Below are positions 56,513 to 64,000 of a stretch of DNA of 64,000 nt, in pieces (within the stretch, counting starts at the first letter, position 1; each line of letters begins with the position of its first letter). The notes beneath the pieces were generated by a model. It searched no databases. It was not told the origin of the DNA and saw only the letters and a program-made list of their open reading frames with translations. Source of the stretch: Fibrobacteria bacterium (lineage in GTDB: Bacteria > Fibrobacterota > Fibrobacteria > UBA5070). The position numbers were made by a program, and so were the translations under genes. The stretch covers positions 139,553-203,552 of the forward strand of contig JACKCV010000002.1 of assembly GCA_020633825.1 (NCBI GenBank), read 5' to 3'.

Positions 56513-57475
56513 ATGTCGGAAGTCCAGAATCTCAGCGCCGTCCTTTCCGGCGTCCACGTTGCCTTGTTCACCCCCTTGAAGGACGACGATCCACGTCGTC
56601 TGCGGAATTCGATCGACTACAACAAGGCCGCGGGGATGATCGAGGACATCCTCGCCGCGGGCGTCGATGGCATCGTCCCCATCGGGACCACCGGCCAGAG
56701 TCCCACGGTGACCCCAGCCCAGCACCTGGACTTCGTGCGCTTCGTGATCGAGAAGGTGGCGGGGCGGGCACGCCTGATCGCGGGCGCGGGTTCGAACTGC
56801 ACCCGCGAATCGGTCGACATGGTCAAGGAGATCCAGCGGGTCGCCCCCGGAACTCCCTGCCTGTGCGTGACGGGCTACTACAACAATCCTCCGCAGCAAG
56901 GGATCGTCGACCATTTCGAGACCCTGGCCGAGGAGACCGGCGCTCCCCTCGTCCTCTACAACGTCCCTTCCCGGACGTCTTCCTACATCGAACCGGCGAC
57001 CTTGATCCATCTGGCCCGCCACCCTCTGGTCATCGGCGTGAAGCAGGCCGTCGACTTCTGGTCGGAAGGGAACTTCCGCCAGGACACGATCTCCGTGATC
57101 GAAGCGACCCGCGACCTGGACTTCGCCGTGGTTTCCGGCGAGGATGACGGATTCCTCCCCCTCCTGGAGATCGGAGGCAAGGGGATCGTGAGCGCCACCG
57201 GGAACATCCCCGAGGCCGCGCGCCTCTACCTGAGGATGTACCGCAGCTTCCTGGCCGGCGACCTCGAAGGGGCGAAGGGCTGTCGCGAGGAGCTTCTGGG
57301 CTTCGTGCGCTGGGTCTTCGCGCGCAAGAATCCCATTCCGCTGGGCACCCTCTTCGGCTCCCCGCTCTTCCTCCCCCTCGTCGACATGGCCCGCACGCCG
57401 GGCGGCGAGGAGGATGTCGAACGCATGCTGTCCTGGGCCGCCGTCGCCGCGCCGTCCCTGGAGAAGTGGCGTTGA
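56513..57475 (+). CDS. DapA/DHDPS-NAL family protein (4-hydroxy-tetrahydrodipicolinate synthase-like)
   Basis: 'GTTGQSP', 'GYYNNPPQQG', 'LYNVPSRT', Schiff-base Lys in 'IGVKQA'. Confidence 0.8.
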   Translation: MSEVQNLSAVLSGVHVALFTPLKDDDPRRLRNSIDYNKAAGMIEDILAAGVDGIVPIGTTGQSPTVTPAQHLDFVRFVIEKVAGRARLIAGAGSNCTRESVDMVKEIQRVAPGTPCLCVTGYYNNPPQQGIVDHFETLAEETGAPLVLYNVPSRTSSYIEPATLIHLARHPLVIGVKQAVDFWSEGNFRQDTISVIEATRDLDFAVVSGEDDGFLPLLEIGGKGIVSATGNIPEAARLYLRMYRSFLAGDLEGAKGCREELLGFVRWVFARKNPIPLGTLFGSPLFLPLVDMARTPGGEEDVERMLSWAAVAAPSLEKWR

Positions 57476-58425
57476 CGGAAACTGTCGGAAAGATCCTGGT
57501 CACCGGTGCCGGCGGATTCGTCGGCTCGTGGATGGTCAGGAGGCTGCTCGACTCGGGTGCGGATGTCGTGGCCGGGGTGCACAACCTGAGGCACGACATC
57601 GACCTCGGTGTGGAGACCGCGGTACTCGACCTCGACGACGCGTCCTCCGTTTTCACCTTGATCGAGCGCGTCCGACCCGCTGGCATCGTGCATCTGGCCG
57701 GTCTGGCCTCTCCCCACATCGCCAATTCCCGGCCCGAGGTCGCCCATCGGGTGAATTTCCTGGGGACATTGCGCCTGCTCGAGGCCTGCAAATCGGCCAA
57801 GCTGGGGTGTCCCGTGGTGATCGCGGGATCGGCGACGGTGTACGGCAGGGTGGAACTCGATGAACTCCCGCTGCGGGAAACCCAGCCATTGCGTCCCGCC
57901 GACCACTATTCCCTTTCCAAGGCCGGGCAGGAGAGCCTCGCGTCGCTGTACTCCGGGGAGTTTCCGGTGATGGTCGCGCGTCCCTTCAACCACACCGGTC
58001 CCGGACAGGTTCGCGACTTCGCGCTGCCGGCCTTCGCCGCCCAGATCGCACGTATCGAGTCGGGAAGGCAGGAGCCGGTGCTGCATGTCGGGGACCTCAG
58101 CGCGGAGAGGGAGTTCCTCCACGTTTCCGATGTGGTGGACGCCTACGCGATCCTCCTGGCCCGCAGGGTTTCCGGGACCTACAACGTGTGCACAGGCAAC
58201 GCGCTTCCGATGAAAGCCTGGCTCGATCGCCTGGTGGCGCAGGCCAAGGTGCCCATCTCCATCACAACCGATCCGCGACGGGTCTTCCCCCAAGGGAACC
58301 CTCGACTCGCCGGGGACTCCGGGAGATTGCGGGCCCTGGGGTGGAGTCCGCGTTTTACCGGGGACGAGATCCTCGCGGACCTTCTCGCCTATTGGCGCTC
58401 GAGGATCGCATCGGGGGAGGAGTGA
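57466..58425 (+). CDS. NAD-dependent epimerase/dehydratase (SDR; GDP-sugar reductase/epimerase-like)
   Basis: 'VTGAGGFVGS' Rossmann motif; 'YSLSK' catalytic YxxxK; GTG start overlaps the dapA-like stop. Confidence 0.8.
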   Translation: MALTETVGKILVTGAGGFVGSWMVRRLLDSGADVVAGVHNLRHDIDLGVETAVLDLDDASSVFTLIERVRPAGIVHLAGLASPHIANSRPEVAHRVNFLGTLRLLEACKSAKLGCPVVIAGSATVYGRVELDELPLRETQPLRPADHYSLSKAGQESLASLYSGEFPVMVARPFNHTGPGQVRDFALPAFAAQIARIESGRQEPVLHVGDLSAEREFLHVSDVVDAYAILLARRVSGTYNVCTGNALPMKAWLDRLVAQAKVPISITTDPRRVFPQGNPRLAGDSGRLRALGWSPRFTGDEILADLLAYWRSRIASGEE

Positions 58426-61400
58426 GGGCGTTCTTCCGGCGCTGGTTGCCCTGGTTCTTCCTCCTGGGATTCGGCCTGGGAGTCTGGTATGGATGGGTGC
58501 GCCTGCAGCGTCTGGCGCGCGAGTTCCTCGACGGGGAACATCAGGTCGCCGGGTGGACGGTGAGGGCCTTCGGCGCCCGTAACAAGGGGATCGAGACCTT
58601 CCAGGCCGACTCCATCCTTGTTTCCGGGCCTTCGGCCGAACTCCTGGTGATGGCACCACGCCTATCCTGGTTCCGGGACCCGGTGGGCCACGGTCACCGC
58701 TTCCCATTCCTGGTCCGATTGGAGGTCCGTCTCCTGCAGGTCTTCCTCCTGCCGACGCCGCCCTCGGAGCCGGACTCCTCCCAGTCGGAGGAGCCTCGAT
58801 CTCGCCCCAAATTTCCTTCCGTCCTTCGGATTCCGGTGGCCTTGGAGGTCGTGCTGGATTCGATGGAGTTGGAAAAGGAGGGACGTTTCAAACTGCGGGC
58901 CGGTGGAATCTCCCTGGCGACGGTCGGTCCGGCGGGTGCCGAATTCTCGTGGCGAAACCTTGGCGAGGCGCGTGCCCAGGCCTGGGCCGATGGCGCGACG
59001 AGTCTTGGATGGGGCGAAGATTCCCTCTTGTACACCGCGCGAATCGGGGTCGCCACTCCGGCGGGAACGCGCGACTCGCTGTCGCTTCGCGCGGCGTTGC
59101 CCCTGGATGCCACCCAGGAGCTCGGTGAGGCAGAATTGCAACTGGACGTCGGATCGTTGAGGGATTGGGCGGCGCTCGTCCCCGCCTTGGAGAAGACCCC
59201 GTCGGTCGATTCCCTGTCGATCGGAGCCCGATACCGTCGGGAGGCCGACAAGGGCGTGCGTTGGGAGGCCAGGGTCTCCACCCGCACGGGATCGTTCCTC
59301 TTCATCCCGGGCCTGGATTGGAACCTGAGCCTGACCTCCACCGACGATTCGACCCGACTGGACTTGATGGCGGACGGAGTGCCGGGGGAACGGATCGCGG
59401 CGCGTCTGTCCACGACGGGAGACCCCTTGGCCGCCTTGCGTCGCGATGGATTCTCCGGAGTCGTCGACGTGCAGGGGATCGGATACACCCTGGTCGGCTA
59501 TCCCCATCCCTTCGACGGCAGCATCCAGGTGAAATCCATCGGAAGCCAAGGCGGCGAGGGAACGGTTCGTTTCGCCTCGGGAAGCGTCGTCACCGGTGGC
59601 GCGACCTGGAAGGGGCTGCATTGGCATTGCACGGGGGACATCGCTCCCCAGGAGCCTTGGGCAGTGGCCTGGACCCCCGGTCTGGGCCTTGAAGGCGGTG
59701 CCCGCGTGGTGGGGCGCGATACGGTGGGGGCCGCCTTGTTCCGGGTGGTGGGGAAGTCGCCTCGCTACCATGTCATCCGGACGGACTCGATGTTCGCGGA
59801 AGTGCTGCTGGACCTCAGGAGTGTCCGCCTGCCCCGCGTGCGATTCTGGAAGTCGGACAATTCCTGGTCCGGCGATGGCGTCGTCGACTGGAAGGAGCGG
59901 TACTACAGATTCGGACTTCTGCCCGATTCGCGTCCCGGGTGGGCACGGGTCGACGGAGACTTCCACGGCGGTGTGGTCGCGGAAACGGAGTCGTTCCCCG
60001 CGGAGACGCTGCCCGTGGAAGATCCTCGGGCGGTCGTGCCCTATCCCGTCTCCGCTTCGGCCCGCTTCCAGCGCGTCCCCCCGCGGGGGGCGGATTCCGC
60101 CTCCATGTTGCTGCAGGGATTGTTGCAGGCGCTGCCCGGGCGGGATTCCCTGGAACTGCGGCTTTCCGCGGCCCAATCGGGGGACTATTTCTGGCTGGAC
60201 TCGCTGCGCCTTCTCCTCGGGGGATCCTCCGCGCTGGCGAAGTTCGCGGCCGAACGGACCGAGGACGGATGGTCTCCCCGGGGAGTCAGTTCCCGGTTCG
60301 AACATTTCGACCTGCTGCGGATTTCCGAGATCTGGCCGGGTCTTCCCAGGGTCCTGGGAACCCTCGACGGGGACATCGAAATCTCCTCCGAGGATGGCGT
60401 GGCCGCCCAGGCGCGCCTGGAAGGTCTCGGGTTGGGCGAGCCCGGCCACGAAACCATCCTTCCCGACCTGTCGGTCTGGGGGAGGAAGGACACCCTGCAT
60501 GTCGGGGGCTGGTGGCCGGTGGCCGGGGCCCGGGATCCCTTCCGATTCACCGTCACCGACATCCTCTCCCAGGACATCGGCCTCCATCTGTTGGCATTCC
60601 ACGGGGACGTCGTCCGTGCACGCGCCGATGGACGTCTTCGGGAGCGTCGTCGCCTGGAGGCCGACCTCCGTCTCGACGGGGGGATCGCCATTCCCGGGAC
60701 GGAGGCGCGTTGGGAGGACATCTTCGCGGTGGGGCGCCTGACGGCGGCCAAGGAGGATACGGGGCTCTCCTGGAAGGCGAGCCTGGAGGGGCGCGAAGGC
60801 CTTCTTCGGGCGGTGAAGGGCCTTCCCTTGCGTTCGCGCTTCTCCCTGCGCGCCGATGCCGGAGGGGTCTCCATCGATTCCCTGTCCCTGCGCGGAGAAC
60901 GCTCCGGCGAGATTTCGGTTCGAGGGCGATACGCCTTCGCCGAAAAGACCTTCATTGGCAACGGAAGGGCCCGGGATTTCAAGCTGGATCTCGGGGAGGG
61001 GATGCGTTTGCGTCTGGACCAGATGGACATGGTCGCGACCGCCGACCGGCGTCTGACCGCCGATCTGTCCGGGGTGTCCTGGCAACAGACCTGGAAGGAC
61101 AAGGGCGGTCTTTGGGTCGACGTCGAAAGGGCCAAGCTCGGACTGCTGCAAGCCAAGGATTGGCGGAAGCTGCAGGGTCAGGCGCAGGTGCGGAAACTGC
61201 TCTTCACGAGGGATCTCGCCGATCCTCGCAGCCTGGCTTCGATGGCCGGGGACGCCCTGACGGGGCAATCCCGCAACGATACGCGCACCAGAGGAGGGCT
61301 GGACGAGATCCCCCTGCTCCTCGACGTACGGTTGTGGGGTGGGGGAGACAGCGTCCGCATCGCGAACAATCTGGCACGGGCCTCGTTGTCCTTCGATCTC

Positions 61401-62261
61401 CAGGCGACGGGACCCACCGACGCCGTCGTGCTCAGTGGGACTCTCGACGCCGATCCGGAAGGGTCGTCCTTCGGGTATCTCGGCAAGACCTTCGACCTGG
61501 AGGAATTCCACTCCGAATGGAATTCCAGCCCCCTCCTCTCCGGGCGCTACGCGCTGCAGGGGAGTCGATCGATCCTCTCGACCTGTCCGGAGTCGAATCG
61601 GCAGGAAACGCAACGAGGTCCCGCCAACCTGGATTCCTGCCGTCTGAAGGTTTCCTCCGAGGGGACCTTGGGGGATCCCCGACTTCGGCCGCTCACTTCG
61701 GATTGCGGGGCCGGTGGGGCCGATGAAGGCGCGGTCCAGGCAGCCATCGCCCTGGCGCGGGACTGCTATCCCGAGGATCCGGGAAGCGGAACCGGCACCT
61801 TCGGGGGTGCCGCCAAGGATGCCGCGATCGACATCGGGATCCAATTGGGAATCGGCCAGGTCAACGACGTCCTGCGCTCGGAGCTCGCTCGCCAGCGTCG
61901 CCAGGGAAGGGTGTTCCTCCCCGATTCGATGGCGCTCACGGATGTCCCCATCGGCGGGGTCCGGGACCAGCTGGGCCTCCTGGCGCTGTACCGTCTGTCG
62001 GACGCGGTGGATGCCGAAGGCGAATACCGGCACACCTTCGTCCAGACGGCATCCTCGGGTTCCTCGCCCATCCTCGCCGACGACTACCTGCTCCGGTTGC
62101 GCTGGCGCCCACCCCTGGCTTGGATCGACGAGCAGAGGATCGCCGAACGGTTGCGCAACCATCTCGTCGTCCAGTTGGAGTTCGGGCAGGCGCTGGACGA
62201 TCTTTCCCAGAGGGAGACGACCCTGCGGCCGTCGCTCCGGTACAGATGGGAGTTCTGGTGA
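58422..62261 (+). CDS. TamB-like / AsmA-family translocation-and-assembly-module protein (~1279 aa)
   Basis: GTG start overlapping the upstream stop (GTGA); N-terminal anchor 'RRWLPWFFLLGFGLGVWYGWV'; very long beta-rich periplasmic protein. Confidence 0.65.
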   Translation: MRAFFRRWLPWFFLLGFGLGVWYGWVRLQRLAREFLDGEHQVAGWTVRAFGARNKGIETFQADSILVSGPSAELLVMAPRLSWFRDPVGHGHRFPFLVRLEVRLLQVFLLPTPPSEPDSSQSEEPRSRPKFPSVLRIPVALEVVLDSMELEKEGRFKLRAGGISLATVGPAGAEFSWRNLGEARAQAWADGATSLGWGEDSLLYTARIGVATPAGTRDSLSLRAALPLDATQELGEAELQLDVGSLRDWAALVPALEKTPSVDSLSIGARYRREADKGVRWEARVSTRTGSFLFIPGLDWNLSLTSTDDSTRLDLMADGVPGERIAARLSTTGDPLAALRRDGFSGVVDVQGIGYTLVGYPHPFDGSIQVKSIGSQGGEGTVRFASGSVVTGGATWKGLHWHCTGDIAPQEPWAVAWTPGLGLEGGARVVGRDTVGAALFRVVGKSPRYHVIRTDSMFAEVLLDLRSVRLPRVRFWKSDNSWSGDGVVDWKERYYRFGLLPDSRPGWARVDGDFHGGVVAETESFPAETLPVEDPRAVVPYPVSASARFQRVPPRGADSASMLLQGLLQALPGRDSLELRLSAAQSGDYFWLDSLRLLLGGSSALAKFAAERTEDGWSPRGVSSRFEHFDLLRISEIWPGLPRVLGTLDGDIEISSEDGVAAQARLEGLGLGEPGHETILPDLSVWGRKDTLHVGGWWPVAGARDPFRFTVTDILSQDIGLHLLAFHGDVVRARADGRLRERRRLEADLRLDGGIAIPGTEARWEDIFAVGRLTAAKEDTGLSWKASLEGREGLLRAVKGLPLRSRFSLRADAGGVSIDSLSLRGERSGEISVRGRYAFAEKTFIGNGRARDFKLDLGEGMRLRLDQMDMVATADRRLTADLSGVSWQQTWKDKGGLWVDVERAKLGLLQAKDWRKLQGQAQVRKLLFTRDLADPRSLASMAGDALTGQSRNDTRTRGGLDEIPLLLDVRLWGGGDSVRIANNLARASLSFDLQATGPTDAVVLSGTLDADPEGSSFGYLGKTFDLEEFHSEWNSSPLLSGRYALQGSRSILSTCPESNRQETQRGPANLDSCRLKVSSEGTLGDPRLRPLTSDCGAGGADEGAVQAAIALARDCYPEDPGSGTGTFGGAAKDAAIDIGIQLGIGQVNDVLRSELARQRRQGRVFLPDSMALTDVPIGGVRDQLGLLALYRLSDAVDAEGEYRHTFVQTASSGSSPILADDYLLRLRWRPPLAWIDEQRIAERLRNHLVVQLEFGQALDDLSQRETTLRPSLRYRWEFW

Positions 62262-64000
62262 GCAGATTCCGTCACATCGCGACCGTGGTCCTGCTCGCGC
62301 TGGCCGCGCGTGCGGCGGCCCAGGTGCGCCTGGAGATTCCCGATGCCGGAATCCTCGGGCGGGGGCGCATCTCCGATCTGGTCGACGTGTCCGCCGACCT
62401 GGTGGCCATGGATCCCTCCGGGCGGACCCGGTGGATCGTCTCGGGACAATCGGCGATCCTCGGGGCGGCGCGGCAACAGGGATTCCTCGAGGCCGATTGT
62501 CGGATGGAGATCGTCTCCCTGGACAGTGTGGAGAACCTCGCGAAGGTCCTGGTGGTGCTCGACCAGGGGGCACGTTTCCATTTCCGGCATCCACGCGTGG
62601 TCCTGGACGACTCCGGGGAGGCTCCCTCCCCGGAGCCGAGATCGCTTCCGGTGGACCACGGCGAGGTCTACTTGCAGGAGAAGGTTTCCGAGCAACTCCA
62701 ATGGGTCGTGGAGTGGTACAAGCACCGGGGCTGGCTCGACGCGACCGCGACGCCCTCGGTCCATGCCGACACCCTCGCGGATTCGGTGGATTTCGTGGTG
62801 CATGTCGAGCCGGGAAGGGCGGCCGTGTTCGGCCAGTTCCTCGGACGGGTGGAAGGGCGGACGGCCACCGACACGGGATTCCTCCGCGACCTGTGGGGCG
62901 TGCGGCCGGGAGATACGCTGCGATCGGAGATGCTCTCGCGCTTCACCCGGAAGATCTACCGGACACGCCTGTTCTCCACCGTGCGCCTGGAGCGCAAACC
63001 CCTTCCGGAGGACCCATCCCGCACCCAGGTCGACCTGATCCTCAAGGAACGGGCTCCCGGGGCCGTCGAGGGGGCGCTGTCGTGGGAGCCGACCTTCGGA
63101 TGGGCCCTCGAAGCGTCCATGCGCCACCGCAACGTGCTGGGCCGGTTCCACGAATTGTCCGCCACGGGGGCCGTGGCGCAGTTCCAGCAGAAGGTCCGCG
63201 CCGGGTACGCGACCCCGCTCCTGTTCGGATCGCCCATCTCGCTGGACTACGGCATCCAAGTCAAGCAGCAGGATGCGGGGCTGGTCGACGACGAGGTCGA
63301 TCGGGAACTTTCGCTCTCCAACGACGGGACCTTCTCCTATCCTCCCACCGATTGGGCGTCCATTTCTCTCTCGCTCTCGGCGGAACGCCTCTCCAAACGC
63401 TTCCTCACCGGGGCCGAGAACCAACAGTACCAGTACGCGGTCGTCGCGGGCGGATTGCTCGACTTCCGCGACGAACCCTTCGACCCGATCTCCGGATGGA
63501 GTCTGCGGGGGGTGGTCGGAAACGGCGGCCAGTTCGGTTTCGACTCCACCTACAGCTGGGTCCAGGGGCAGGGGAAGCTCTGGGTTCCCCTGTTCTGGCG
63601 TTTCCTGTCTGCGGGAGTCGTGGAAGGCGGGCGATTCCTGAATTCGACCACCGTCGACGGTGCGGGAATCTTCTGGCAGGGCGGAAGCCGCTCCGTGAGG
63701 AGCTATCGGTTCAACCAGGCCAAGGTGGTCGTGGGGGCCGGCGAGGCCCTGCGTCCCCGCTATCTCCGCGCGTCGAGCGAACTGCGGGTGAATCTTCCCT
63801 GGAACGTCCAGGTGGTCGGGTTCGAGGATTGGGCGCGTCTGTGGAACGAAGGGGAGGAGCCCGACCTCGAGGACCTGTCCAAGGCCTGGATCGGGTACGG
63901 AATGGGATTGCGCTACCGGGTGAGTCTGCTCTCCCTCAGGCTGGACTACGCCCTGGGGCGGGGAGACGAGCGTTGGGCGTTCGATCTCGCTCAAGCCATC
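62258..64000 (+). CDS. Omp85-family protein (BamA/TamA-like; POTRA + beta-barrel), 3'-partial
   Basis: GTG start overlapping the tamB-like stop; signal 'VVLLALAARAAAQ'; runs off the window end, which is why the ORF track omits it. Confidence 0.7.
   Translation, partial: MSRFRHIATVVLLALAARAAAQVRLEIPDAGILGRGRISDLVDVSADLVAMDPSGRTRWIVSGQSAILGAARQQGFLEADCRMEIVSLDSVENLAKVLVVLDQGARFHFRHPRVVLDDSGEAPSPEPRSLPVDHGEVYLQEKVSEQLQWVVEWYKHRGWLDATATPSVHADTLADSVDFVVHVEPGRAAVFGQFLGRVEGRTATDTGFLRDLWGVRPGDTLRSEMLSRFTRKIYRTRLFSTVRLERKPLPEDPSRTQVDLILKERAPGAVEGALSWEPTFGWALEASMRHRNVLGRFHELSATGAVAQFQQKVRAGYATPLLFGSPISLDYGIQVKQQDAGLVDDEVDRELSLSNDGTFSYPPTDWASISLSLSAERLSKRFLTGAENQQYQYAVVAGGLLDFRDEPFDPISGWSLRGVVGNGGQFGFDSTYSWVQGQGKLWVPLFWRFLSAGVVEGGRFLNSTTVDGAGIFWQGGSRSVRSYRFNQAKVVVGAGEALRPRYLRASSELRVNLPWNVQVVGFEDWARLWNEGEEPDLEDLSKAWIGYGMGLRYRVSLLSLRLDYALGRGDERWAFDLAQAI

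Noticed and set aside
58662-62594. 1310-aa minus-strand ORF and 59939..61726 plus ORF within the tamB-like region
   Set aside because: Arg/Pro/Gly-rich; the chosen plus frame has an N-terminal TM anchor and is joined to flanking genes by start/stop overlaps.
62310-63038. 242-aa plus ORF (W/R/S-rich) listed in the track after tamB
   Set aside because: Implausible composition. A different plus frame starting at GTG 62258 encodes a signal peptide and Omp85-like sequence and stays open to the window end; it is unlisted only because it has no in-window stop.

Overview
High-GC (~68-70%) chromosomal segment from a flagellated diderm bacterium; almost everything outside short AT-richer intergenic islands is coding. 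The presence of FlgH/FlgI rings, an Omp85/BamA-like protein, TamB/AsmA-family proteins and OmpA/YceI shows it is Gram-negative. A giant 'fibro-slime' (PA14-like) surface protein and a TIGR02147-type protein hint at a Fibrobacterota-like lineage; this taxonomic guess is inference only. Main blocks: (i) sensor kinase + NtrC-family sigma-54 activator followed by a sigma-54-type promoter and a tiny repetitive lipoprotein, then AsmA, an ApaH-like phosphatase, a nitrilase-family hydrolase and YicC. (ii) A translationally coupled four-gene Rieske/cytochrome-b operon carrying two uncharacterised polytopic membrane subunits, one ending in a CxxCH domain, next to a RegB/RegA-type redox two-component system and a STAS protein. 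(iii) A flagellar filament island: TPR protein, two convergent GT2+TPR glycosyltransferases, three tandem flagellin paralogs, flgH-flgI. (iv) Housekeeping and envelope genes (FN3K-like kinase, YceI, lipoproteins, tandem OMP paralogs with one frameshifted at a G7 tract, RidA, pyruvate kinase, OmpA with TSP3 repeats). (v) A ~2000-aa secreted repeat protein followed by an S41 peptidase. (vi) A SPOR / EnvC-like cell-division pair, radical SAM, ribD, DUF1456, eda plus an HMGL-like aldolase, map plus two lipoproteins. (vii) A DapA-family / SDR-epimerase / TamB-like / BamA-like operon running off the window end. Unusually long homopolymeric G/C tracts (up to G17) lie in or beside surface and glycosylation genes. 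No CRISPR array, tRNA/rRNA gene, transposase or integrase could be supported from the sequence. Coordinates are +/-1-3 nt in places because several starts are GTG/TTG overlaps reasoned by eye. Many long ORFs in the six-frame track are GC-driven antisense artefacts and were rejected.
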